From a virus, in IMG/VR virus record IMGVR_UViG_3300017613_002557, positions 26,005-90,004 of that record: a stretch of 64,000 nucleotides of DNA, one strand, 5' to 3'. A model generated the notes under the pieces. It was not told the origin of the DNA. It ran no database searches and saw only the letters and a program-made list of their open reading frames with translations. Below are positions 49,139 to 58,906 of the stretch, one piece after another (within the stretch, counting starts at the first letter, position 1; every line of letters starts with the position of its first letter). The position numbers and the translations under genes were made by a program.

Positions 49139-50171
49139 TATGCTTTTAACAGAAGAACAGCTTGCAACACTGACAGATGGCAGTGATGTACTTGCTGACG
49201 AGATGATCCGGCATGATGCACGTCCGATTCTTCTTTTTCAGTCAGTAGTTGAACGGGTAGCGGATCCGGATTCTGGCGAAATTGTTGAGCATGATTCCGG
49301 TCTTCAATTGACAAAAAACTACATCACATCTCCGAAAATTAGAGAGTCGGTTGCGCTGCAAACACATCTTGAGAAAGTGCTTGAATTGATCAGCCCAAAG
49401 CGCCAATGTTCATGTGTGGCTGAAAAGGAGAGGCTGGAACGTATGCTGTACGGTGACGGGAATATTCCGCCGTTATCACTTGGCATTGAAGAGATGCAGC
49501 GTGGGGTAGAGGAAGGGAAGTTTAATCTTACAAATCTGTTGAAGATTTCAGGTCTGCAGCCTTCTGATGATGTCGATCAGATGATTAATGATCGGCTTGC
49601 TGAACTTCAGAAATATGCAGGATTATCTGGCTTGGCATATGTAGCACTTGATAAGAAGCTACAGGAAGAGGTTGTCGGTCTGGTTGACTTTAAGGACGCA
49701 TACACGAATCAGCAGCGTGTGATAGGAAGTCATGAGCTTCAAATTCCTGAATTTACCCGGCGTTTAGGAGACGCTAAAAAGACGTTGGATAAGTGGCCGA
49801 AGAATAATCCGATTGAGCTAACAACATCTGAAGTGGTCACGTGTGGACGTTGCAAGCGTACCGTTCCTGTGCCATTATCGATTGTTTATGCTGATGACAC
49901 AACCCTTGATCCGATTTCGCAGATTATTTTTGAGCGCCCCTGGACAGAGATGCGTGAAATTTTGCCGATGACGCAAATAAAAGTGCTGTTGACTGCTGTT
50001 TACGTGTGGGCCTTCAAGCCGCTGGAGGATGTCACAAACCCTTTCGCCCGAAACATGAGGGAAATTATGGGCGTCGTGGAGGGCAGGGTTCCGAAGAATC
50101 GGAGATGGCTTCGGTACATCATGGAGCACAGACAAATCGAGGCATCAAGAGACGAGACAGCGCCGTCTTAA
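49128..50171 (+). CDS. Hypothetical protein, possible tail assembly chaperone
   Basis: 347 aa; followed by an overlapping -1-frame ORF. Confidence 0.65.
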   Translation: MRYDMLLTEEQLATLTDGSDVLADEMIRHDARPILLFQSVVERVADPDSGEIVEHDSGLQLTKNYITSPKIRESVALQTHLEKVLELISPKRQCSCVAEKERLERMLYGDGNIPPLSLGIEEMQRGVEEGKFNLTNLLKISGLQPSDDVDQMINDRLAELQKYAGLSGLAYVALDKKLQEEVVGLVDFKDAYTNQQRVIGSHELQIPEFTRRLGDAKKTLDKWPKNNPIELTTSEVVTCGRCKRTVPVPLSIVYADDTTLDPISQIIFERPWTEMREILPMTQIKVLLTAVYVWAFKPLEDVTNPFARNMREIMGVVEGRVPKNRRWLRYIMEHRQIEASRDETAPS

Positions 50172-50830
50172 ATGATGCAAGGATCCGCACATATTGGTTT
50201 ACATTGGGGTACACATCGCGACAGATTTTTGAGAAGCTGACCTATAAAGAATATATCGAAGGATATTTGTTTGCCCAATATCGTGAGTGGGAATCCATTC
50301 TGAAGCAGCAGGTTGCGGTCGCGGCCGGAATTCAGACCGGTGCATTCGGAAAGCCGCGTCTGACAATGGAGGATCTGTTTTTTGGGACACAGTCAGATAC
50401 GACAACATTTGAGTACCAGGGGCTTAGGTTGCTTGAAAACTTTCCATATGATACGCCGATGCTGCCGCATAAAAGCGTCGTTGATCTGCTTAATTACTCG
50501 AAGAAAAAGAAAACCAATCTCTGGGATGACGTGCGCGGAAAGGCGGCATTGAATGAAGGGGATCGTTTGTTGTCGCGTGTCGCTCAGGATGACTACTTAT
50601 GGAAAAAATGGACATATGCGCTTGAAACGTCTTCTGCGCGTCCATCTGTTGATATAGTTCGTCAATGGGCTGAAAACGAGGCAAACAGCAGGCTTTTACA
50701 TCCTCCTGGATATTATATTGACATGTGTGTTAGAAAAGGTAAAGATCCGCAAAAAGAATGGACCAGAGCACTTGGCCCATCAGGTCAAGCTATTCAAGAA
50801 CAACTTTTTAGCGGCATGTTACATGCGTGA
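50006..50830 (+). CDS. Hypothetical protein with no convincing start (possible frameshift extension)
   Basis: Overlaps the upstream ORF by 166 nt in the -1 frame. Confidence 0.55.
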   Translation: MGLQAAGGCHKPFRPKHEGNYGRRGGQGSEESEMASVHHGAQTNRGIKRRDSAVLNDARIRTYWFTLGYTSRQIFEKLTYKEYIEGYLFAQYREWESILKQQVAVAAGIQTGAFGKPRLTMEDLFFGTQSDTTTFEYQGLRLLENFPYDTPMLPHKSVVDLLNYSKKKKTNLWDDVRGKAALNEGDRLLSRVAQDDYLWKKWTYALETSSARPSVDIVRQWAENEANSRLLHPPGYYIDMCVRKGKDPQKEWTRALGPSGQAIQEQLFSGMLHA

Positions 50831-51040
50831 GGAGCACTGTCAAAGACATCTCAGTAGGTTGGCCTAGAAGCAGCCATCCTTGAAAGAGTGGGATCGGGTG
50901 GGACGGCACAAAAAACCTTCATCGAGTGACAAGAGAGACTGAAGTACCTTTAAGGTGTGTGTCGAACCGAGTAAAAAAATATCCGTTGTCACCAATTAGT
51001 ACCTTTGGCGTAGCAGCACACTAGATTAGACAGTGTTCCT
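50830..51040 (+). ncRNA. 23S rRNA GTPase-associated-centre (H43-H44, L11-binding) mimic RNA with an insertion
   Basis: GTAGGTTGGCCTAGAAGCAGCCATCCTTGAAAGAGT[118 nt]GCGTAGCAGCACACTAG, enclosed by the stem AGGAGCACTGTC/GACAGTGTTCCT. Confidence 0.82.
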
Positions 51041-51113
51041 TGCTTGTATATGGACAAGTATTATGACCATTATGTGATTTAATACATGTTATAACCCACA
51101 CAGGAGCGACTAT

Positions 51114-51611
51114 ATGAGCATAGCACAATGTTTTGATAAGAACTTTGAGCCTATTCCTACTTTTGGACTGGAATCAATTAATGCTGATACATTTCAAATC
51201 ATAGATCGCACGTCTGGCACAGAGATGTGTGTCATCTCAACATACCCAGAAGAGCCGATAAGCGCAAAAGATCGAGCTGAATTTGTGCTTTCAGCCCTGC
51301 ATAGTGAACGGGTAAGGCAACAAAAACAACGTACTAGAAAAAACATAAAGACAATATGTTATGATTGTGGTCTTGAATATGGCGGTATATCTTGGATAGA
51401 GACAACTCTTCCAGATAATATTTGGGACCTTATAAAACCGGCAGAATGTCATGATGGTGGTGGGATTCTGTGTATCTCTTGCATTGTGAGACGATTGAAT
51501 AAAAAGGGGTTAAAAGATATTCCGATATGGTTATGTGGAACCGAACCTATAAAAGTTATTGGCGGAGATCCAAGTGATTATTTGAAAATCATCCGTGAAT
51601 ATGCTCTGTAA
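51114..51611 (+). CDS. Hypothetical protein with a C-terminal Cys-rich module
   Basis: AGGAG RBS; CYDC...LCISC. Confidence 0.7.
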   Translation: MSIAQCFDKNFEPIPTFGLESINADTFQIIDRTSGTEMCVISTYPEEPISAKDRAEFVLSALHSERVRQQKQRTRKNIKTICYDCGLEYGGISWIETTLPDNIWDLIKPAECHDGGGILCISCIVRRLNKKGLKDIPIWLCGTEPIKVIGGDPSDYLKIIREYAL

Positions 51612-51635
51612 TTATGCAAGGCGCTTAGAAATGTC

Positions 51636-52151
51636 ATGATTCTTTGTGATAAGCACCTTAAAATCTGGGCTGAAAATGGTGGCGTTACGCCATATGATGA
51701 GCATTTAGTGAATCCGGCCAGTATTGATTTACGTCTTGGTCCAACATATCGAGTCCCTGTGAAAACAGGACAGACGTATTCATGGAGTGATGAGCGTTAT
51801 ATTCCACTAAGTGGGCTTGTTATCAGTCCACATGCGTTTGTCTTGTGTCGTTCATTAGAAATCACGGTCATTCCAAAAGATTGCGCTGCAAAATTGTTTC
51901 TCAAATCCACATCTGGCAGAGGCGGACTTGAGCATCTACATACCGGATATAGGGATCCTGGGTTTTCGGGTTCATGGACATTTGAGTTGACTTCACTATG
52001 GCCCGGATGTCTTCGTGTGTTCCCGCAAGAACGTTTGTTTCAGCTTACCCTCGAAACATTGTCAGACAATCCTGAGAAGAATTATGAACAAACCGGCCGG
52101 TATTGCGGTCAAATTGAAGTTACTACTGCAAGACCTCCGCGCCCTTCGTAA
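51636..52151 (+). CDS. dcd: dCTP deaminase (trimeric dUTPase-like fold)
   Basis: MILCD...VNPASIDLRLG...KSTSGRGG...DPGFSG...GRYCGQ. Confidence 0.9.
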   Translation: MILCDKHLKIWAENGGVTPYDEHLVNPASIDLRLGPTYRVPVKTGQTYSWSDERYIPLSGLVISPHAFVLCRSLEITVIPKDCAAKLFLKSTSGRGGLEHLHTGYRDPGFSGSWTFELTSLWPGCLRVFPQERLFQLTLETLSDNPEKNYEQTGRYCGQIEVTTARPPRPS

Positions 52152-52327
52152 CGGTAGTGTGACGTGGATTCAGCCACACAGTTGCGCCTTCATCTCCATG
52201 CAGCTTTGATGCAGCAATGCGGGCGTAACGTGTTCCTTTTGCAATAACGGTAATCTGCGTCTTAACGTCGTTTGTGACCAGGATATGTGGGCGCAGTTCC
52301 AGCGTCCATTTATAGGTTTTTCAGCGT

Positions 52328-52678
52328 TTAGGGCAAGGTTTCGCCATAGAAAATGTGTTCGAGCTCGAGTAATTGTTGGTAAAAAAGATCGTCGCTAATT
52401 ATAGCGCGTGAATGTTGCATGGCATTTTTTAGATCGATCATAGCTTTCGCAAACTCTTCTGTCGCATGAAACCATGTGGTTGCAGGTTCAACTACTGGTA
52501 CCCCATACCGATCTTCGAGCGCCTGCATTCCGGCAATATTTTCTTCCTTGTTGTTTTTCAAGAAAGCAATTGTCGTCTGGAGATAGAGCGAAATTGTAGA
52601 CGGCGATTTAGCGGACGGGACAACTGCACATCCTGCAATAAAAAGAACCAAACAAATCAACAATATACGTGTTTTCAT
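52328..52678 (-). CDS. Small lipoprotein
   Basis: MKTRILLICLVLFIAG-C lipobox. Confidence 0.7.
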   Translation of the reverse strand: MKTRILLICLVLFIAGCAVVPSAKSPSTISLYLQTTIAFLKNNKEENIAGMQALEDRYGVPVVEPATTWFHATEEFAKAMIDLKNAMQHSRAIISDDLFYQQLLELEHIFYGETLP

Positions 52679-54291
52679 GGAATCAGGTTTTGAAAATCAA
52701 ATGGATCGAATGCGTCCGGCATGCTAGTGGCAACCGAAAAATTAATACGAATGGCCTTATGACATAAGGCATAGTTGTTGTGTAAAATGTGTTTTGATAC
52801 GTCCTCTGATACTGTCATCCATCGTCTGATATGTTCTCTTTTTGAGAATGTGTGTTGAAACGTGAGCAACTTTAAGGCTTCGACATACTCTTCTTGCGCC
52901 TCTTCTGAAGGCCATCCACTTGGAAAATTTGGGTAATCGAACCTGACTGATGGACTATCCTCCCAATCAGCAGATTCGCCTTCTGTCATGTATGAGGAGA
53001 TCATATCGAATTGTTTGATTAAAAGTCCATCGAAGATAACATAGTTATTATACGTGCCATAATTATCATCTGCAATGGTGATTTTTATGCCGAATGGGTT
53101 GACTGTGATCGAAAAGGTTTCCTTTTTACCAAATGTGGCATCTGACTCGTTTGGAATAGTACCTACGTTTGACTCTGCTTCACAATTGTCAATAACATAT
53201 GTATCGTCAGCATAGCCAAGATGTATCTGTACTAAAACCTCGCCACCTTTTGGTGAAATATTGTAATGCAGGCGTGAGCCATCTACTACACACACACTAT
53301 TTTGCCATTCTTCTGCTTCTGTATAGTCCTGTTCTTGTTCAAGATAGACCACTTTTACATCAGGAAGGTTTGTATATATGGGCGAAACAACATCACTATT
53401 GAGTCTATACAGCCGCGACATTGAGTATTTCCAACCCGACATGTCCGGAACATCCTCATAGTATTTATATTCTCCGTGTGAAAGTGGATATGTTGAGGGT
53501 GGATTTATAGACTCCCAATATTCTTCGATCTTGTCAAGCAGGTCTGCCGCATCACCAGCAGATAAAAGATCCAAAAGTGACCAACCAGTCATATAGGATC
53601 TAATCATCCCCTCTGGGACCATATTTAGGAACTCAAGCCTGATTGTTGATGGCCCTCCTAAATTAACATATCTAAAACCTGCGTCATAGACATCCGAGAT
53701 ATAGGCTGGATATGCGGCAAGCTTTGTGTTGACATAGCTTTGCCAGTCTGTTTGCACACTATAGGAAACGTTGACCATTGTGGCAATGATGGTCAGTACG
53801 GCTGAAGGCCATTCATCTAAAATCCATTGTTGATAGTCTGAATTTGTAATGCCCCACACATTTGAATTTCCGGTTGGATCTAGATATTGCATCTCTCTAT
53901 TATAGGTCATTCCCCAATGATTGTAACTATTCATAGTCGTTGATTGAGAGAATTCTTGTGCCCCGACAATTTGCGGGTTCGGGTGGTCAATGTGTTGGTA
54001 GAATCCATACAAGTCAAATGTTTGTGGAAATAGATAAGGCTCGCCTTGTGACGGTATCGCTGGAGTTACCACTTTATGTTGTGCTGCCTGTAGCTGAATG
54101 TTTTTTTGTGGCATAATTGGCAATAGTCTGGTTCCGGTCTTAATTTCTGGGGCGTACACATGGCCTTTACCATCATTAATTCCTGTTTTAATCGTGTCGG
54201 TGTTCACTTCAACCACTTCGTTTCTATCAGTGATCGCGGCATGCGCTCCAAGATGCTTGCGGATGTGTGAGAGATGAGCGAGATCTTTCAT
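52675..54291 (-). CDS. Putative tail-associated protein
   Basis: 538 aa, Tyr/Asp-rich, downstream of the tape measure gene. Confidence 0.55.
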   Translation of the reverse strand: MKDLAHLSHIRKHLGAHAAITDRNEVVEVNTDTIKTGINDGKGHVYAPEIKTGTRLLPIMPQKNIQLQAAQHKVVTPAIPSQGEPYLFPQTFDLYGFYQHIDHPNPQIVGAQEFSQSTTMNSYNHWGMTYNREMQYLDPTGNSNVWGITNSDYQQWILDEWPSAVLTIIATMVNVSYSVQTDWQSYVNTKLAAYPAYISDVYDAGFRYVNLGGPSTIRLEFLNMVPEGMIRSYMTGWSLLDLLSAGDAADLLDKIEEYWESINPPSTYPLSHGEYKYYEDVPDMSGWKYSMSRLYRLNSDVVSPIYTNLPDVKVVYLEQEQDYTEAEEWQNSVCVVDGSRLHYNISPKGGEVLVQIHLGYADDTYVIDNCEAESNVGTIPNESDATFGKKETFSITVNPFGIKITIADDNYGTYNNYVIFDGLLIKQFDMISSYMTEGESADWEDSPSVRFDYPNFPSGWPSEEAQEEYVEALKLLTFQHTFSKREHIRRWMTVSEDVSKHILHNNYALCHKAIRINFSVATSMPDAFDPFDFQNLIP

Positions 54292-54873
54292 TTATGCACG
54301 TGCCTCCCGCAAAAATCGTTGCTGTTGTGCTTCTGAAATGGCTGGACCGTGTGGTTCTGATGGTCTTCGTTTTGCGGCTTCCCAGAGGTTTCGCTGAGCC
54401 AATTCTTGACTGCTGACACTAACATGCACATGGGCTTTTTTGAGTTGCGATCCACCATCACGGTATTCTTGTAAGATGCTGGCCGTAATCTGTTTGAACG
54501 CTTCGTCAAACTTTTTGCCTGATGGTCGTGTTGAGAGTAATACCTGTCTATTGTATTCTATTTGAAGTAATGGTCGTGATAAGATTCCTCCGATGTTCTT
54601 TTTGCCAAGTAAGAGCGCGTGAAAGGATTGGAATACAAACTGTGAGACGATCTTTTCGCCGTATTCCTCGGTATGTCCTGGCGGGACATAGGCGACTGTG
54701 GATAAAGTAATCTCGAAATTTGAGTGCGTGTCGTGCGATAGATCAATTTTTCCAAGTGGGTACTTGATCTCCCAAAGCAGCCGTTTTTTTCCGATAGGGA
54801 CGTGCCTGTTAATGACAGCATGAATAAGATGTACATCCGAGTCTTCTATAACTTTGGGGTACACAATCTCCAT
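54292..54873 (-). CDS. Hypothetical tail-region protein
   Basis: GGAG RBS immediately after the tape measure stop. Confidence 0.6.
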   Translation of the reverse strand: MEIVYPKVIEDSDVHLIHAVINRHVPIGKKRLLWEIKYPLGKIDLSHDTHSNFEITLSTVAYVPPGHTEEYGEKIVSQFVFQSFHALLLGKKNIGGILSRPLLQIEYNRQVLLSTRPSGKKFDEAFKQITASILQEYRDGGSQLKKAHVHVSVSSQELAQRNLWEAAKRRPSEPHGPAISEAQQQRFLREARA

Positions 54874-54877
54874 TATC

Positions 54878-57800
54878 TCACTCCTGTACGTTACTGAGCA
54901 GCGGAACGCCATTTTCTCCATAGCCAATGGTAAACTCGCTTGCCCGTCCGACAATGTTAGTAAAAAGCGGAATCCCGTCTTCTCTGATGGTGCGTTCAAC
55001 TGGCCCTAATCGGGAGAGATTGTTGACAGGTCCGCCTGTATCTGTGACACCAATCATAGCAAGTTCTTCTGTGGATCTGCTGCCCTCAAGTCCGGCTTTT
55101 TCTGCGTTCAGTCTGGTGTTTTTCTCAATGAGTTCCAGGATGCTTAATTGCTTTTGCTGGACGGCAATTTGTTCGCGGGTGGCTTCGCGGGTCGCTTCAC
55201 CAAGCTGTGATTCCAACTTAAGTGATTCAAGAACACGCTCGTCACCGCCTCGTTTTGCAATAGCCAACATTTCTTGTAAGATTGGCTGTCGTTCTTGCCC
55301 TGTTTCAGCAGCAGATAATTGTGATTTTAAATTCCAGTAGGTCGATTCATCGAGGTCGCGCTGGAGTTTTACCCGTTTTTCCTCAATTACGCCACTGCGC
55401 TGCCGCTCACTTGCCGCACGATCAATGGCGGGGATGTATTGCCCCTGAATTAGTGCTTCCTGTTCTGCTTTTGATGTGGTTAATGAGGCCATATCTTTGA
55501 TTACAGCGGCTTGTTTTTCAAGGACTGATGCGCGTTCCGAAGAGGTCTGTGTGAGGTCGAGCACTCGCCCTAGTTCACGCATGCGATCACTCAAGACATC
55601 TTTCTGTCGTTTATTAACCTCTTCATCGGAGAGACCCAGGAACTCCTGTTCTGTTTTGATTTGACCCTGCCGGATTGAAAGAATTGCACTTGATGTCGTA
55701 TCACGTATTTGAGCGATTTTTTGAAGATACTCGTTGACCGGCTCAAGCAACCACTTCTTCATTTCAGTGCCGACTTGTGCAATTTGCAAGGCTGATTTGA
55801 GTTCCATGTTGGCAATTTCAAATGTAGTATCTCTAACCTCTTTTGTCGCCTTATCGACTCCTTGCACGGTTTTGAGCCATTCCAGCGCACGCTCATTGGT
55901 TTCAACGGCGCCTTCAATCTCAAGAACGCGCTGCGCTTTAATACGATCTTGTTGAGCTTTTACAGCAGCAATATGAGCTTCTTCAATGGCCCTGATTGGC
56001 TCAGCAATAATATTCCCAAGGGCTTTTAGTGAGCCTTCTCGTTGTGCAGATTCAACAAATCCCTTTCCAACTTCCTGGGCGGCTCCTTCAAGATGGGCTT
56101 TTGCTGATTTATAAGCAGCGGTAAGCCCACCCATGAGAATTGCGCCTGTACTAGGCCCTGCCCCCGGTGCTGCAGTAGAGACGCCTTGTCGTTCACGTAC
56201 TATATTTATAGCTTCACGTAACAATGTCTCATCAACGCCCTGAAGTGTTCCAAGCTGTCTAACGGTTAACGCTGACTGTGCAACCATAGCGTCAGCGAGT
56301 GATGCAATGTCCTCTGGTTTAATCTCTGCAATGAGTGGCTTTCCGCTTTTAGCACCTTCAAGGCTGGCAAGCACATCTTCTGCAATTTTCCGTGACCACT
56401 TAGGCAGTTCTTCTGTAAATGGTCCTGTTCCTGCAATTTGTGCCCGCAGTGCTTCTGGAGAACGTCTCATAAACTCTTCACGTGCATTTGTAAGTTGATC
56501 AGCCCTGGTTTTTCTAAAAGAATCGTCAAAAAATGCCCTGAATGGAGTTGTGATCGTTGGTTGGATTCGCTCCTGATAAACGTCTCTCGATATTGCTGAA
56601 CGCTCTTGCCCCTGTACTTTTGCAAGCTCGCCAAGTGCGGCCGGCAGTCCAATTGACAGTACGTTTACTACGCCATGCATAAACGTTTTTCCAAACTCAT
56701 ACCCTAGTGGAACAGCAATTTTTACTAACTTTGAATGAAGCGTTTCCCCTAGATCGTCAATGCCAAGTAAATCAGCCAGCATACCAGGAAGGTACATATT
56801 GCCTGTGTCTGTAAAACGCTCTACAAAGATTGCCGTGATCGCCTCTCCGATAAATGTTGCAGCATCCGATACTGCGGCCTTAATTGTTCCGATAAGTTCT
56901 GAAAGTTCAGGACCAACGGCCTGCACAATATCACGGAATCCAGTGCGGAGTGTTTCGCGGTTAAAGCCGTTTTTCTCAATTTGCTCACGCATTGTTGTCA
57001 GACCCTCTCCAATGGCAATAAGCACGCCATGTGTTTCTTTGCGGATCTGCGTCATCGGTTCAACCATAAAGTCAAACAATGCGATTTGGATAGCTTCTGC
57101 GGCGGATGCAACAATTTGTACGGTGTTTTTGTAGGTGGATCTAATCCGTTCTGTCAATGACGCCGTAACTCCTTCAACATTTCTGTAACTGTCTGCCATT
57201 TCATCGGCTCTTTTTGCGCCCGCTGTCATCAAGACATTCATGGATGTCATGGCGCGAAGTCCGGCGAGACTATTGGAAATCCTATTTTTCTCTGATGCTG
57301 ACAGACGATTATATGCGTCGGAAATATCAGCCAGCAATTCTTTTGCGGATCGCTGATAGGTCATGGTCCGCCCATATGCATCAGTTTCCTTGCGTGTCAG
57401 TGAAATATGTGTTCCTGTGTAACGGTTGAGTTCCTGGATTCCGGTTTTGACACTTCCGATACCGGCACTTAACCGGGCGTAAATAGAACGCAACATTCGA
57501 CCGGCTTGTCCGGCGCGAATATTTTGGTTTGCGAGAATTCCGAGGTGTGCAGCAACATCCGCAAGATCAAAACCGGCTTCTTTGGCAACCGGCCCAACGA
57601 ATTTGAGAGCTTGCGCCATGTCCGTTACGGAAGCGGCGCTTGTCAGGTGGGCTTGGTTTAAAACGTCATGGACCTTTATGAGGTTGCGTGAATATTGTTC
57701 AGCGTTTTTTGTGTCGAGGCCAAACTGCCGCATTGTATTGGCTGAAATGTCGATGGCCTTTTTAAGTTCTAAGTGCCTGGATGTTGCAAAGTCAGCCATC

Positions 57801-58906
57801 TGTCCGAGGGATTGTGTGATTTTTGCTGCATCAAATCCCATTTGGATGTATGACTGTGTGCCTTCTGCCATCTGCCGATATGTGTGCTCAGTAATAGAGC
57901 CTTGTCGTTTTACCTCTCCGATAACAGAAGAAATTGAGGTTTGTGCTTCTTGTGAAGCGGTCGCCGTCACCAAAAGCATTTCCTTAATTTCCATCGTGGC
58001 CTGTTGGAAATCGCCACCAACATTAAGGATTTTCCCCATGTACTCGGTGATCGGTCGAAATACACGTGCAGCAAAAATTAAACCCTTGTTCCAGGTATTC
58101 CACACTCCAACAAGCCGGGTTGTGCTATGAGACATGGCTTTAATTTTGTTGTGTAACCAACTTTTAGTACGCTGCCATCGAGTCGCTTGCTTGTTAATCG
58201 CCTTGAGGTTTTCAACTTCCTGGACGGTTACTTTGACAATGCCGACACCCTCTTTATAGACCTCCCTGGTAGTTCTGGCGAGTTCACCGCTGGCGGCAGT
58301 TGCAGCAACAATTTCTTTTTTGACTTTTGTATATGTTGTTGCGGCAGCGGTTTGGGTTCTTGATACACCGGCTGTACTATCTATTGAGCCTGCTAATGCG
58401 CCGCTTGGGGTTTTGCTTGATTTACTGATTGGCGACCCAAACAGACTTCCACTAGGGTCATAAGTGCTTTCGTCAATTTTTATTGGCCGCTCTGGAGCAG
58501 TAAACCCGGCTGTCTTGCCGGTGCGTGAAGGTGTGGGAAGTGTGCCTCCTGTTTTTGCCGTAATGCTATCAACGAGTTTTTGTGTTTTTTGGAGGTTTGT
58601 ATTGACTTCCAGGACCGCTGCGTTAATCTCTTGTTTAAAATGGCTTCCGACTTGTGAAATGCTGGCTTTGAGATTGTTGACAATCTTTGCAGTTCCGCTC
58701 GATGGCCCAAGTGTGGTATTTAGGCCAGCTATTGCAGCCGTCAGTTTTTTGGCTTCGCCGCTAATTCCAGTAAAATCACTCCCAAGCTTCTCTTGTAGCT
58801 TGAGCATTTTCATCATTGTCTCGGTGATTTGATTAAATGCCCGGACAAGTTGTTTTTCATCGACGGCTGTTAATTTGAGAACGTCTGCGCTTCCTGATGC
58901 TGCCAT
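54878..58906 (-). CDS. Tail tape measure protein (TP901-family core)
   Basis: 1342 aa, helical; DMAQALKFVGPVAKEAG...GILANQNIRAGQAGRMLRS. Confidence 0.92.
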   Translation of the reverse strand: MAASGSADVLKLTAVDEKQLVRAFNQITETMMKMLKLQEKLGSDFTGISGEAKKLTAAIAGLNTTLGPSSGTAKIVNNLKASISQVGSHFKQEINAAVLEVNTNLQKTQKLVDSITAKTGGTLPTPSRTGKTAGFTAPERPIKIDESTYDPSGSLFGSPISKSSKTPSGALAGSIDSTAGVSRTQTAAATTYTKVKKEIVAATAASGELARTTREVYKEGVGIVKVTVQEVENLKAINKQATRWQRTKSWLHNKIKAMSHSTTRLVGVWNTWNKGLIFAARVFRPITEYMGKILNVGGDFQQATMEIKEMLLVTATASQEAQTSISSVIGEVKRQGSITEHTYRQMAEGTQSYIQMGFDAAKITQSLGQMADFATSRHLELKKAIDISANTMRQFGLDTKNAEQYSRNLIKVHDVLNQAHLTSAASVTDMAQALKFVGPVAKEAGFDLADVAAHLGILANQNIRAGQAGRMLRSIYARLSAGIGSVKTGIQELNRYTGTHISLTRKETDAYGRTMTYQRSAKELLADISDAYNRLSASEKNRISNSLAGLRAMTSMNVLMTAGAKRADEMADSYRNVEGVTASLTERIRSTYKNTVQIVASAAEAIQIALFDFMVEPMTQIRKETHGVLIAIGEGLTTMREQIEKNGFNRETLRTGFRDIVQAVGPELSELIGTIKAAVSDAATFIGEAITAIFVERFTDTGNMYLPGMLADLLGIDDLGETLHSKLVKIAVPLGYEFGKTFMHGVVNVLSIGLPAALGELAKVQGQERSAISRDVYQERIQPTITTPFRAFFDDSFRKTRADQLTNAREEFMRRSPEALRAQIAGTGPFTEELPKWSRKIAEDVLASLEGAKSGKPLIAEIKPEDIASLADAMVAQSALTVRQLGTLQGVDETLLREAINIVRERQGVSTAAPGAGPSTGAILMGGLTAAYKSAKAHLEGAAQEVGKGFVESAQREGSLKALGNIIAEPIRAIEEAHIAAVKAQQDRIKAQRVLEIEGAVETNERALEWLKTVQGVDKATKEVRDTTFEIANMELKSALQIAQVGTEMKKWLLEPVNEYLQKIAQIRDTTSSAILSIRQGQIKTEQEFLGLSDEEVNKRQKDVLSDRMRELGRVLDLTQTSSERASVLEKQAAVIKDMASLTTSKAEQEALIQGQYIPAIDRAASERQRSGVIEEKRVKLQRDLDESTYWNLKSQLSAAETGQERQPILQEMLAIAKRGGDERVLESLKLESQLGEATREATREQIAVQQKQLSILELIEKNTRLNAEKAGLEGSRSTEELAMIGVTDTGGPVNNLSRLGPVERTIREDGIPLFTNIVGRASEFTIGYGENGVPLLSNVQE

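Noticed and set aside
50874-50910. c-di-GMP-I riboswitch (GAAAGAGTGGGA resemblance, tempting given the HD-GYP gene)
   Set aside because: The upstream GGCAAA element and the P3 arm are missing, and the 23S match explains the sequence better.
50830-51040. Genuine rRNA gene or host contamination
   Set aside because: Only ~55 nt match 23S rRNA, the match is interrupted and enclosed by a non-rRNA stem, and phage genes flank it.
46022-52327. Invertible segment driven by the serine recombinase
   Set aside because: No convincing inverted repeats at the block ends; only a weak TATA.GGTTTT similarity.
8466-58832. Long antisense ORFs (e.g. 9176-9964, 14936-15730, 23114-23875, 37948-38454, 38747-39469, 57582-58130)
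   Set aside because: They are shadows of real genes on the opposite strand, with no RBS and low-complexity Ser/Pro/Thr-rich translations.
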